From the NCBI GenBank assembly GCA_045545975.1, contig JAZQCA010000022.1, forward strand, positions 571-64,570: a stretch of DNA of 64,000 nt, given 5' to 3'. The position numbers and the translations under genes are program-made. How positions within the stretch are numbered: the stretch's first letter is position 1; each line of letters starts with the position of its first letter. Below, piece after piece: positions 1-11,350 of the stretch. This DNA comes from Akkermansia sp. (GTDB lineage Bacteria > Verrucomicrobiota > Verrucomicrobiia > Verrucomicrobiales > Akkermansiaceae). A model generated the notes under the pieces. The model was given only the letters and a program-made list of their open reading frames with translations. It was not told where the DNA came from and ran no database searches.

Positions 1-3000
1 CAGGTTGGTCTTGTTGTAGGTGATAAGTTTGTAGCTTGTCCCCTTAGTGAGATTACAGGCGAGGTTCAGATCAATAGCCTTGGACAGCGTGAAGGTGTAG
101 GTCACATTGATGGGCTTAAGCGTGGTGGAAGTCAGGTTCACCGTACCGCCGCTGATGGTGAGGCTGTTGGTAGTGAGTCCGACATTAGAATTGAACGTGG
201 CACCATTGTTGATAGTCAGCTTGCTGGTCGTGATGGCACCCCCGCTGAGATTCACCTTTCCTACGACAGTCGCTGTACCACTGCCGGTAATGGTACCGCT
301 GACAGTACCATTATTGAGCGTGGCGGACTTGCCGGAGGCAATGTTGAGGTAGGAACCGCTCTTGAGCGTACCGCCATTCAGGGCATAGTAGCCACCAAAG
401 GCGCTACCATGAATAATCGCGGAGCCGGTCTGAACAATGGTATTATTCACAGCCTTCTTGTTCAGATGCAGCGTACCGCCGCGCAACATGATCTTACCGG
501 TACCCAGAGCAGAAGCCACACCAGTCATGAGCGTACCCTCATAAAGCTCCGTTCCTCCGGTGAAGGTATTGGACGTGTTGATGGTAAGTTTGCCTGCCCC
601 CTTCTTTGTCAGTTTAGCGGAACCGACCAGACGCCCCAGACCATTCCAGGTGTAGTCCTTGCCGGAAGCATTGTGAACGAGCACCGAGGAAGGAGTAAGC
701 GAACCGACCAGACGAACAGCCCCTGCTCCCGTGTTGTAGAAACAGACGGGCAGACCATTCTTGAAGGCGTAGGCGATGTTGTGCTGGGTCCAGTTGACAT
801 CGGAGGCACTCCAGATCCGGGTGCCGGACCAGTTATTCCAGACCGGAGCAGTCAGCGCGGGGATATTCAGATAGAGCCAGAGCGTATTGTCCGAGTATGA
901 AAGCGAACCGGTACCCCCCTTCCAAGCAGCAGGCATGCTCAGATTGAATTTGCTGAGCCAGTCGCTCGGCAGAGTCACACCGGAGAGCAGCTTGTAGGTA
1001 CCGGTGGTCAGAGCACCGCCCTGGGCAAGAGTCAGATTGATCTTGCCGCCCAAGGTGAACGAGCCTCCGGCAAGCTTCATGTTGGCATTTGCCTTGTTGG
1101 CCGTGCTGACATTGAGCTTAAGGGTACTGGAGGGCTCCATGAGTACCTTACCCCATACTGTGTTCGGTCCGGTCATCTCGAACGTGGTACCGCTGTTGAA
1201 GTGAATTCGGGCTCCGGCCTGATCCAGCGTGGCATGCTTGAGCAGAACCGTTGAGGTCGATCCTGCGGCAGCCGTCAGTCCACCGCCTTCCAGAATGGCG
1301 CCATCCACGATGCAGAGACGACCGCGATAAAGAGTTGCCTTATCGATCACGCTGGTACGAGAGCGGACAAGCTCAGACTCTGTACCATCCTTCCCTTTCA
1401 TCTCACTGAGATGCTGAGCTGTGTAAGCACCGGTCAGAATGATGTCACCGGCCTGCTTGTGCGGTACCCCCAGAGCGTCTGTATAGTTAGCATTCAGCGA
1501 GACGGTGTAGCCATCCGCGGCATACAGGCTGTCACGGAACTCGATAGAGTTCCCGGCGCGCGTCGACAGCGAAAGCAAACCACCCCCCTTGGCATCTATA
1601 CTGCGAAGAATGCCAATACCGGCCTTGCGGTAGTTCTTCTCGAAGATGACGTTACCATTGTCGCAGATGCTGATATTACCACCGCTGCCATAGATGGCGG
1701 CACCCTGAGCATCCTCGTTGGCAGTAGCGGAGTTACCACGGAAGGTGACTTGTCCGTTCTCGCAGATGGAAATGGTGTTTCCGTAAATGGCACCGCCGCG
1801 GGCGTGAGTAAGCCCGGAATAGACGCTGTTGGAGCTGAAGGTCACGTTGTCATTACCACGGATAAGAATGGACGAAGAGATGTCACCGAAAATGGCACCA
1901 CCACAGGCACCGTAATTCTTGTAATTGGCCTGACTCCTCGAGTAGTTGCCGCTGAAGACAACATCTCCGTTGTCTACGATTTCAACAGAACCATTCGTCC
2001 CACCGGCACTAACGGCATAGATAGCGCCGCCGTAGGCATTAGCCAAAGATTTTTTGCTATCTGCAATTACACTATTCCCGGTCATGCTCAGACTGACATT
2101 TCTGTCCATCAGGATGGAATTGGCATAGAGAGCGCCACCATGAACAGTTATGGCTCCGCTTCCGTTCTTGGCCTTCGCTGCATTGGCATCGAACTGAACG
2201 TTCCTGTTCTTGGACAGGGTGATGGCGCGTGCATAAACAGCACCGCCTCTAACCGATTCAACACCGATGCCGGCGTTGTTGGCAAAACGAACATCCCCGT
2301 TACCACTCAGCAGAACGGAAGCCCCCGAACCGGTAGAGGTATCGAACATCGCACCGATAGCGCCACCCCTCACGATCGCAGCAGACCAAGTAGTAGCGCT
2401 GATCGTTGCCTGATTGCCCTCGAAGTTCACATTCCGATTCTCTGCCACAGAGAGCCGACCTGATTCACTCGATATGTATATTGCTCCACCCCATGCATGA
2501 GGAGTATACGAGCCACTGCAGGAGGCAGAAACCGCATTGCCGGAGAACGTCACGTTGTCATTGAAATCAATGGTAAGATCAGGGGCGTGAATAACTCCGC
2601 CATAAGAAATGGAATAGGAAGAACTTGTATCGCCATTTACAGCATTGTTGCACACAGAAACGGCATCATTCCAGTCGATATGCACCCCCGTTGCAGCATA
2701 GATTACACCACCTTTTCCTGCATAAGCTCCATTCATTTCATTACCGCTGATGTTGAGAAACTCGTTCCCCACCAGATGAACTTCATCGGCATACATCACC
2801 CCTCCATTATTTTCAGAACCTGAACTAAGAGTCAACGTATTATCAAGAATCCTGACAGTTCCGTTACCACTCATCGTTACAACTGCTGATACATTTCTCA
2901 TCATAGTAGCGGAGTTGGAATTATTCGAGCTGAACTCAATTTCCTCAATATCCCTGAACGCAAGAACATAGGAATTAAAGAAACCATACTTCGTCGCACC

Positions 3001-3357
3001 GGAAACAGTAAAAGACTTCAGATATTCCGCGACATACGAATTGGCATGGAAGAAATCGTAAACAGAACTATCATTGATTGTGATGGAATAGAGAGGAGCC
3101 GTCTCCCCATCCACAGTCCCCGATTGGCTCGTAAAGTACAGATAATTTGACTCGCTGGTCAATATCTGCGAGGAAGGAGCATTCCAGGTCAGGTTCCCAT
3201 GGAGCGTGTAGTTGATGGTACCGCTCTGAGTGACATCCGATGTATCGTATACCGTGACGTTGGTATACCGATCGTGGGCTTCGGCTTGCACAACCGGAGA
3301 CAACGCTGCAACAGCAACCAGCGCGCGGAAAAGAAGGAGAGGCAAGTGGAGTTTCAT
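1..3357 (-). CDS. Large autotransporter/adhesin passenger protein (Pmp-like GGAIY repeats plus passenger-associated repeat); runs off the window, 3' end missing
   Basis: Absent from the ORF track because there is no stop in the window. I translated the segments at both ends and they are in the same frame: ATG at 3357 gives MKLHLPLLLFRALVAVAALSPVVQA (signal peptide); the middle has repeated GGVIY/GGAIY/GGALY and FxxN motifs; later comes LTKKGAGKLTINTSNTFTGGTELYEGTL; it reads ...YKLITYNKTNL at base 1. Confidence 0.85.
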   Translation of the reverse strand, partial: MKLHLPLLLFRALVAVAALSPVVQAEAHDRYTNVTVYDTSDVTQSGTINYTLHGNLTWNAPSSQILTSESNYLYFTSQSGTVDGETAPLYSITINDSSVYDFFHANSYVAEYLKSFTVSGATKYGFFNSYVLAFRDIEEIEFSSNNSNSATMMRNVSAVVTMSGNGTVRILDNTLTLSSGSENNGGVMYADEVHLVGNEFLNISGNEMNGAYAGKGGVIYAATGVHIDWNDAVSVCNNAVNGDTSSSYSISYGGVIHAPDLTIDFNDNVTFSGNAVSASCSGSYTPHAWGGAIYISSESGRLSVAENRNVNFEGNQATISATTWSAAIVRGGAIGAMFDTSTGSGASVLLSGNGDVRFANNAGIGVESVRGGAVYARAITLSKNRNVQFDANAAKAKNGSGAITVHGGALYANSILMDRNVSLSMTGNSVIADSKKSLANAYGGAIYAVSAGGTNGSVEIVDNGDVVFSGNYSRSQANYKNYGACGGAIFGDISSSILIRGNDNVTFSSNSVYSGLTHARGGAIYGNTISICENGQVTFRGNSATANEDAQGAAIYGSGGNISICDNGNVIFEKNYRKAGIGILRSIDAKGGGLLSLSTRAGNSIEFRDSLYAADGYTVSLNANYTDALGVPHKQAGDIILTGAYTAQHLSEMKGKDGTESELVRSRTSVIDKATLYRGRLCIVDGAILEGGGLTAAAGSTSTVLLKHATLDQAGARIHFNSGTTFEMTGPNTVWGKVLMEPSSTLKLNVSTANKANANMKLAGGSFTLGGKINLTLAQGGALTTGTYKLLSGVTLPSDWLSKFNLSMPAAWKGGTGSLSYSDNTLWLYLNIPALTAPVWNNWSGTRIWSASDVNWTQHNIAYAFKNGLPVCFYNTGAGAVRLVGSLTPSSVLVHNASGKDYTWNGLGRLVGSAKLTKKGAGKLTINTSNTFTGGTELYEGTLMTGVASALGTGKIMLRGGTLHLNKKAVNNTIVQTGSAIIHGSAFGGYYALNGGTLKSGSYLNIASGKSATLNNGTVSGTITGSGTATVVGKVNLSGGAITTSKLTINNGATFNSNVGLTTNSLTISGGTVNLTSTTLKPINVTYTFTLSKAIDLNLACNLTKGTSYKLITYNKTNL

Positions 3358-3366
3358 GACTCCTCC

Positions 3367-3395
3367 ACTATACCCCTCCCTCCCCTACCTGTCAA
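3367..3395 (-). promoter_or_regulatory. sigma70-type promoter of the autotransporter
   Basis: Minus strand TTGACA (3395-3390), 17-nt spacer, TATAGT (3372-3367), 9 nt before the ATG. Confidence 0.75.
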
Positions 3396-3530
3396 ACAAA
3401 ATATGAATTCGTATGACTAACAGGAACTCAAAACTAACATCAATTACCTGCACAGGAAAACCGACCGGGAGAAGGACTCCGAACGAATGCACCCCCCATT
3501 GCCCGCCGCACGATCGAAGGTCCGGGAATC

Positions 3531-5372
<1,842 letters not shown>

Positions 5373-5489
5373 TTAACACGCGCACCGACACCTCAAAAGG
5401 CAAAATAAAGTCAGGCTGATATTTCTTATGTCATGCTATGGCAATTTTGGAGCTTGCCATGGAGGGGCTCTATATGCTATGCTGCCGAC

Positions 5490-6173
5490 ATGGTACGTCT
5501 ATACCGCCAGATCTTTCTCGTAGTATTTGCATTTGTGTTCATGCTTGGCAGTACGTCATGTGGAGTAACCATGGCCCAGAAGACCGCTGATGGCAAGTGG
5601 GCACTTGTTCCCCTGGCAGATGGGTTCGATTACCCGGTAGGCAAGCCCAATGGAGATGGTTACTACAAGGCGCGCGGACTGAGGCTCAAGACACCCCGAC
5701 ATCTTGGAGAAGACTGGAACGGCGTGGGAGGGGGCAACTCTGACCTGGGAGACCCGGTCTACACCATTGGACACGGGCTAGTGACCTATGCAGCCGATGC
5801 TCGTGGTCGGTGGGGAAAGGTGGTTATCGTGCGCCATGCATTCCGCGAGCCCAAGAGCGGTCGGGTGCTCTGCTGCCAAACACTCTACGCACATCTTGAC
5901 CGCATCGATGTACAACTGGGACAGCTGGTTCAACGAGGAGACCAGGTGGGAACCATCGGGACCAATCGCGGCATGTTCCCGGCGCACCTCCATGCAGAGC
6001 TGCACTTCAATATCCTTGTCAACTGCGGCCAACAGGGTATACCCAAGACAGCCCGCAACTACGGCAACCTCTCATCCTTCATCAACCACTATCGCCGCCT
6101 CCGCCCCGAGGAGAAGTACGTCAAGTTGCCCATCGGCTGCTTCCTGCCCTACAAGGATACTGAGGGATTGTGA
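5490..6173 (+). CDS. M23 family metallopeptidase, probable lipoprotein
   Basis: HLGED (HxxxD) and HLHAE (HxH) motifs; lipobox-like STSC; start moved to ATG 5490, just downstream of the promoter. Confidence 0.8.
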   Translation: MVRLYRQIFLVVFAFVFMLGSTSCGVTMAQKTADGKWALVPLADGFDYPVGKPNGDGYYKARGLRLKTPRHLGEDWNGVGGGNSDLGDPVYTIGHGLVTYAADARGRWGKVVIVRHAFREPKSGRVLCCQTLYAHLDRIDVQLGQLVQRGDQVGTIGTNRGMFPAHLHAELHFNILVNCGQQGIPKTARNYGNLSSFINHYRRLRPEEKYVKLPIGCFLPYKDTEGL

Positions 6174-6733
6174 TGAATATCTGTCTCTTCGGCGGCTCAT
6201 TTGACCCGGTACACAATGGTCATCTGGCCATTGCTCAGGCTGCCATCGAGGCTGCTGAGCTGGCTCGGATCATCTTCCTGCCCGCGGCATGCTCTCCCTT
6301 CAAAACCGGGCGCCAACACTATTTTTCCGATGAAGATCGGCTCGCTATGCTGCGCTCAGCCACAGCACACATCTCGCAAGCCGAAGTCAGTACGCTCGAT
6401 CTGGAGCTGCCGCCGCCCAGTTACAGCTGGAGAGTCGTTGAAGAATGTCGCCAACGCTATCCCGAAGATACGCTCTACTGGCTCATGGGGACAGATCAGT
6501 GGGAGCAGTTACACCGCTGGGCTCGTTACGATTATCTCTGTACCAATCTGAGCTTCATCGTCTACCACAGAGGGACGTCGCCAACCCCGCGTGAGGGCAC
6601 GCGTGCCATCTTCATCGAGGGAGCCCATCCGGCCTCGTCCTCAGCCATCAGAGAGTCCATCCGTCAGGGAGCCATGCCCCCCGCAGACTGGATTCCGCAG
6701 GCAATCATTCCCTATCTGCTGAAGAAAGCGTGA
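6173..6733 (+). CDS. nadD: Nicotinate-nucleotide adenylyltransferase
   Basis: LFGGSFDPVHNGHL (HxGH), SYS, WLMGTD, ASSSAIR; TGATG overlap with the upstream stop. Confidence 0.92.
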   Translation: MNICLFGGSFDPVHNGHLAIAQAAIEAAELARIIFLPAACSPFKTGRQHYFSDEDRLAMLRSATAHISQAEVSTLDLELPPPSYSWRVVEECRQRYPEDTLYWLMGTDQWEQLHRWARYDYLCTNLSFIVYHRGTSPTPREGTRAIFIEGAHPASSSAIRESIRQGAMPPADWIPQAIIPYLLKKA

Positions 6734-6787
6734 TTCATAGCATTTCTTGCTTGCAAAACAAGGTGTAGCCATGCTAGACTTGCGGGC

Positions 6788-9700
6788 ATGAACGTTGTAC
6801 GATTTCTGTCAATGGCGGCTGCTCTTCTCGGCGGTGTGGTACATGCTCAGACGGAGAGCCTGCCCTTCGGCTTCGGTGCAGGTAGCCAACAAGCTCCGTC
6901 CATGAGCGTGAGCATGGGTGCCAGCGTAAGCAGCTACAAGCCGGGGGAAACTTTCTATGTGGCTCTCAGAGCTGACATTCCCTCGCCTTGGCACGCCTAT
7001 TTCCGCAATCCGGCTACTGTGGGTGAGCCCATGGAGGCAGCTCTGACCGCGCCGGAAGGATTTACCGTAGAAGGACCGTTCTGGCAAGCACCCGATCGCC
7101 ATGAGGGCATGCTCGGTGTGGCATATACCTACAATACCCCCACGATTGTCTGGAAGGTGACGCCCGGAGAAAATGCCCCGCAGCAGGCAGAGTTCACAGC
7201 ATCGGCAACAGCACAGACCTGTTGCGACAGCGGCTGTAACGCCCCGGAAACCCATTCCGCAACGCTCTCACTCCATAGTGGCGATGGCGCAGCTGCGGCT
7301 GATTGGACGGCAGATGAAAGTAAAGTAGAGATTCTGGGCGACACGCCAACCACCATTACGGCTGACCAGTCTCCGGATAGTGTGGTGCTCTCATTCACGG
7401 CAGATGGCGAGATCAAGAGTGCCTATTTCTTCTCCGATGACAATTCCATTTCTCCCACAGCTCAGCAGGTACTGACCAAAACAGATCAAGGTTATTCCCT
7501 CACCCTGACCCGCAATGACAACTCGGATAGCATGGCTCCGGTCAAGGATGAAACCCTGGTCGGCAAACCGCTGCTCGCGCTCAGAGGAATCCTGACTTTT
7601 GACGGGCGTCACAGTACGGTAAACATCAGCTTCGACAACGTTGCCCCCGCGGTCAGCCCTGCACCGGCAGCCGATATCCCTGAGGGTGATACGGAAGAGG
7701 ACGCGGCTGATGAGGATGAGGCTGACGAGGAAAGCTCCGAAGATGATGAGGAAGAAGAAGGGGACGGAGAAGAAGAAGAAACGGACGAATCTGCCGATGA
7801 TTCGGACGCAACACCCCTGCCCTCCGATTCTCCCTTCGGTGGGATCTTCAACACTCCCGGCAATGAACCGGACGCCTCGATGACAGTCCGCGCCAAGGCA
7901 AGCGTGAGCAGTTACAAGGTCGGCACCGCCTTCTACGTGGCGCTCAAGGCAGAAATTCCGGAGCCCTGGCATGCATACTATCGCAATCCCGCCACAATCG
8001 GGGAGCCCATGACGGCCAACCTGACGGCTCCGACCGGATTCTCCGTGGAAGGTCCGTACTGGCAGGCTCCCGAACGTCACGAAAGCATGCTCGGTGTGGC
8101 TTATACCTACAATACTCCCACCATCGTATGGAAATTGACGCCGCAGGAAAATGCACCCCAGCAAGCTGACATAACCATGAGCACCACGGCTCAGACATGC
8201 AGCGACACCGGTTGCAATCCTCCCGAAACCCGCTCGGTCACTATTTCCTTGAATGCAGGAGATGGTGCGGGTGCAGCAGATTGGGAAGCCGAGGAAAGCA
8301 AGGTTGAAGTTCTGGGCGATACCCCGACAAATGTCACCATGACGCAGAGCCCCGGCAGCGTGGTACTCAACATCACGACCGACGCCGAGGTGAAAAGTGC
8401 CTACTTCTTCTCCGATGACAACTCCATTTCTCCCGATGCCGTGCAGACGCTGACCAAAACAGAAAAGGGCTACAGCCTCACCCTGCCCCGCAACGATAAC
8501 AGAAACAGCATGGCACCGGTCAAGGATGAGAGCTTGGTCGGTAAAGAGCTGCCGGTGCTCAGCGGTATACTCGTCTACGATGACAAGCACGCTAAACTGA
8601 ACCTCAGCAACACATCGGTTGCCCCGGTCCCCTCCACAGCCCCTGCCGCAACCATGCAAACAGAGGCCCCGACTGCTCCGCTCGTCGGTCTGCCGGCCAT
8701 GCCCGAGGGAATATGGGGCATCTTCGGCTCGCTCTTCCTGGGCGGTCTCATCCTCAACCTCATGCCCTGCGTGTTCCCGGTAATCGGCCTCAAGATCATG
8801 AGTTTCGTTGAGCTGGGAGGAGGCGAGCGCCGCAAGGTGTTCCTGCATTCACTGGTATTTGTCATGGGCATTCTCGTATCCTTCTGGCTGCTGGCCATTG
8901 CCCTCATAGCGGTGTCGAACATCGAAGTTCTGGCAAACACGCCGTGGACGCAATGGGCTCAGACGCTGTGGAACGACAGCGGTTCCGACACACGCAGTTG
9001 GGCTGTATGGATGCAGAATGAATGGATTGTCTACGCAATCATGCTGCTGCTGCTCGTTCTGGGACTGAGTATGTATGGACTGTTTGAGATCGGGGTGAGT
9101 GCCACCGGTGCCGGTCAGGGGCTGCAGCAGAAAAAAGGACTGATGGGCTCATTCTTCCAGGGGCTTCTGGTGACGATCGTAGCCACACCGTGCAGCGCCC
9201 CCTTCCTGGGTGCAGCCATGCCTGCTGCCATGTCGCTGCCCGGTGTATGGATGATTCTCGCGCTTACCTTCATGGCGCTCGGACTTTCCTTCCCCTACAT
9301 TGTGATGGGCGCCTTCCCCTCGCTCGTGAATATCCTGCCCCGTCCCGGAGCCTGGATGGAATCCCTCAAGCAGGGGCTTTCCTTCCTGCTCTTCGCAGCC
9401 GCAGCCTGGATGTTGGATGTCTACCTGGCCTTCCTGCCGGAAGAGTACAGCGTGGATCAGCCGTGGATCCTCATGTCGCTGGTTGTGTTCTGCTCCGCCT
9501 TCTGGGTATATGGTCGCTGGTGCCCGATCTACCAGAGCAAGCGCACACGCTGGATCGGCGGGATCATCGCCATTCTTCTGATCGCTATCGGCGTATGGGG
9601 CTCCAAGCCTCGTCCTGCAAGTGACACACCTGCCACATCATCTGTCACAACTGAGGCGGCAGGGTACGAAACAGCACGCGGGGAGCACCCCACTTGGAAC

Positions 9701-10039
9701 ACTTGGAGCAAGGCTCTCATGGATAAGGCTCTCGCCGATGGACACCCTGTATATGTGGACTTTACTGCCAAGTGGTGCGCCACCTGCCAGATGAATAAGA
9801 AAACAGCCTACACCGCCGATGTCTGTGCCCTTTTCGAGCAGGGAAAGGTCGTTCTCATGCGGGCAGATAAAACCCGACCGAATGCCGAAATTGATACAGA
9901 GATGCGACGGCTCAATCGTTCTTCAGTTCCCGTAAACGTACTCTACATCCCCGGACAGGAGCCGTCCATCACCACAGAGCTGCTTACCCCCATCTATATG
10001 GACAATTTCCTCAGTGAAAAACTCAATCTGAAGAAGTAA
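6788..10039 (+). CDS. dsbD: Protein-disulfide reductase DsbD-like with duplicated N-terminal periplasmic domain and acidic linker
   Basis: Signal peptide; two homologous N-terminal repeats (WHAYFRNP..QTCCDSGC and WHAYYRNP..QTCSDTGC); TM domain LNLMPCVFPV and ATPCSAPFL; thioredoxin domain VDFTAKWCATC. Confidence 0.88.
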   Translation: MNVVRFLSMAAALLGGVVHAQTESLPFGFGAGSQQAPSMSVSMGASVSSYKPGETFYVALRADIPSPWHAYFRNPATVGEPMEAALTAPEGFTVEGPFWQAPDRHEGMLGVAYTYNTPTIVWKVTPGENAPQQAEFTASATAQTCCDSGCNAPETHSATLSLHSGDGAAAADWTADESKVEILGDTPTTITADQSPDSVVLSFTADGEIKSAYFFSDDNSISPTAQQVLTKTDQGYSLTLTRNDNSDSMAPVKDETLVGKPLLALRGILTFDGRHSTVNISFDNVAPAVSPAPAADIPEGDTEEDAADEDEADEESSEDDEEEEGDGEEEETDESADDSDATPLPSDSPFGGIFNTPGNEPDASMTVRAKASVSSYKVGTAFYVALKAEIPEPWHAYYRNPATIGEPMTANLTAPTGFSVEGPYWQAPERHESMLGVAYTYNTPTIVWKLTPQENAPQQADITMSTTAQTCSDTGCNPPETRSVTISLNAGDGAGAADWEAEESKVEVLGDTPTNVTMTQSPGSVVLNITTDAEVKSAYFFSDDNSISPDAVQTLTKTEKGYSLTLPRNDNRNSMAPVKDESLVGKELPVLSGILVYDDKHAKLNLSNTSVAPVPSTAPAATMQTEAPTAPLVGLPAMPEGIWGIFGSLFLGGLILNLMPCVFPVIGLKIMSFVELGGGERRKVFLHSLVFVMGILVSFWLLAIALIAVSNIEVLANTPWTQWAQTLWNDSGSDTRSWAVWMQNEWIVYAIMLLLLVLGLSMYGLFEIGVSATGAGQGLQQKKGLMGSFFQGLLVTIVATPCSAPFLGAAMPAAMSLPGVWMILALTFMALGLSFPYIVMGAFPSLVNILPRPGAWMESLKQGLSFLLFAAAAWMLDVYLAFLPEEYSVDQPWILMSLVVFCSAFWVYGRWCPIYQSKRTRWIGGIIAILLIAIGVWGSKPRPASDTPATSSVTTEAAGYETARGEHPTWNTWSKALMDKALADGHPVYVDFTAKWCATCQMNKKTAYTADVCALFEQGKVVLMRADKTRPNAEIDTEMRRLNRSSVPVNVLYIPGQEPSITTELLTPIYMDNFLSEKLNLKK

Positions 10040-10054
10040 CGCATTCACTCAAGC

Positions 10055-10098
10055 GAAGAGCCTGCGCGCCCTATGAGGGAGAGCCGCAGGCTCTTTTC
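10055..10098 (+). terminator. Intrinsic terminator-like hairpin after dsbD
   Basis: AAGAGCCTGCG ... CGCAGGCTCTT stem followed by TT. Confidence 0.6.
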
Positions 10099-10115
10099 AT
10101 TCCGTAGTAATTCCC

Positions 10116-10631
10116 ATGGCTAAACTCGACTGGCTTAATGAAAACAACTATCTGGAAGAAGAAATCGGTCGTGAATACAGATGGTGTGCATGGTTGCTGT
10201 GGGGCATAGCTCTGGTGATTCTGCTCATTCCTGTGCGAGGATCGGCCCTCAACCTGTACTACATTCAAACCGCAGACAACAGCCCCGCCATCATCGGTCA
10301 CGTCATTCGACTACAACCATCTTCCCACCGGGGAATACATGGTGGTAAGGGTGGACACTATGAGGCCAAGATTGACATAGAATACCGGGGCAAAGCCTAC
10401 TATGTAACCAATGTCGGGTTCAACTTTACCCAAAGCATGTACGAGGAGGCATGCAAAACCGGACTGGTGCCGGTGTACCTGAACCGAGCACAGCCGGAAA
10501 AATCAGTTCTCAGCAAAGGAGTGCCCTTCGTGCAGTACTTCTCACTAGCGCTATTTTCGGCCGTAGCCATGGGACTCATTATCGCAGGCACATGGCTCAT
10601 GCGCAGAATCCGCCTGTCTAACCGAAACTGA
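10116..10631 (+). CDS. Two-TM membrane protein (DUF3592-like layout)
   Basis: N- and C-terminal hydrophobic helices around a beta-rich segment (AKIDIEYRGKAYYV, VPVYLNRAQPEKSVL). Confidence 0.55.
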   Translation: MAKLDWLNENNYLEEEIGREYRWCAWLLWGIALVILLIPVRGSALNLYYIQTADNSPAIIGHVIRLQPSSHRGIHGGKGGHYEAKIDIEYRGKAYYVTNVGFNFTQSMYEEACKTGLVPVYLNRAQPEKSVLSKGVPFVQYFSLALFSAVAMGLIIAGTWLMRRIRLSNRN

Positions 10632-10693
10632 GCCGGCAAGCTCACCAAGAGCTTTCAAAATATCGCTGATATAGCGGAGAAAGCCTTTCACCA

Positions 10694-11350
10694 TCAGGAT
10701 AGAGCGCGAAGGCGCTCCAGAAGCTCGCGGAGGGAACGAAGTCGATACTCTGCCCGCGAGAGATCGGAGAGCTCAGTCATGCGATTGGGAATGGCCACAC
10801 AAGGTATGCCGGCGTTGCGGGCTGCTATGGTTCCATTCTCCGAGTCCTCAACGATGAGACAATCTTCCTTGGGCAGTTGCAAATTCTGCTGTGCAGCAAG
10901 GAAAAGCGCAGGGTCCGGCTTAACGGCATAACCATCCGTCCGGGTGAATACCCCTTGAAAACAATCATAAATACCCAGTCTCTCCAACCACCCTTGCACC
11001 CATCGCCGGGAGGAGGAACTGGCAACGGTCAGACCTATCCCCTGCCCGGCACACCAAGTCAGCAATTCAGCTGTGCCATCCATCAGCCCACTACGCGCCA
11101 AATCTGACTCCAGCTCAGCCTGACGCGCCGAGGTCTCCACATCCCAGTCATAGGTTCTTCCCGTGAGTTTCTCAAGATGTTCGGCGGGGTTCCAATGCGA
11201 ATACCCCGCCCCCAGACAGGGAGAATAGGTCGCGATGGATATCTGCTGCCCTTCACGGGCATACAACCGTACCCAAGACTGATAGATTGCCCACTCGGTA
11301 TCAACCAGTACCCCGTCAAAATCGAAAATAATCCCGCGGGGACACTTCAT
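10694..11350 (-). CDS. HAD-superfamily hydrolase (beta-PGM/CbbY-like)
   Basis: FDFDGVLVDTE motif I, ASSS motif II, KPDP, IVEDSENG motif IV. Confidence 0.9.
   Translation of the reverse strand: MKCPRGIIFDFDGVLVDTEWAIYQSWVRLYAREGQQISIATYSPCLGAGYSHWNPAEHLEKLTGRTYDWDVETSARQAELESDLARSGLMDGTAELLTWCAGQGIGLTVASSSSRRWVQGWLERLGIYDCFQGVFTRTDGYAVKPDPALFLAAQQNLQLPKEDCLIVEDSENGTIAARNAGIPCVAIPNRMTELSDLSRAEYRLRSLRELLERLRALS

Noticed and set aside
107-3420. Plus-strand ORFs in the track over 107-3420 (for example 1411-2463)
   Set aside because: They are antisense shadows of the minus-strand autotransporter, which the track omits because it has no stop in the window.
7681-7810. GAN-rich low-complexity run as a frameshift or contingency locus
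   Set aside because: It is an in-frame Asp/Glu linker with mixed codons and no long homopolymer or perfect microsatellite.
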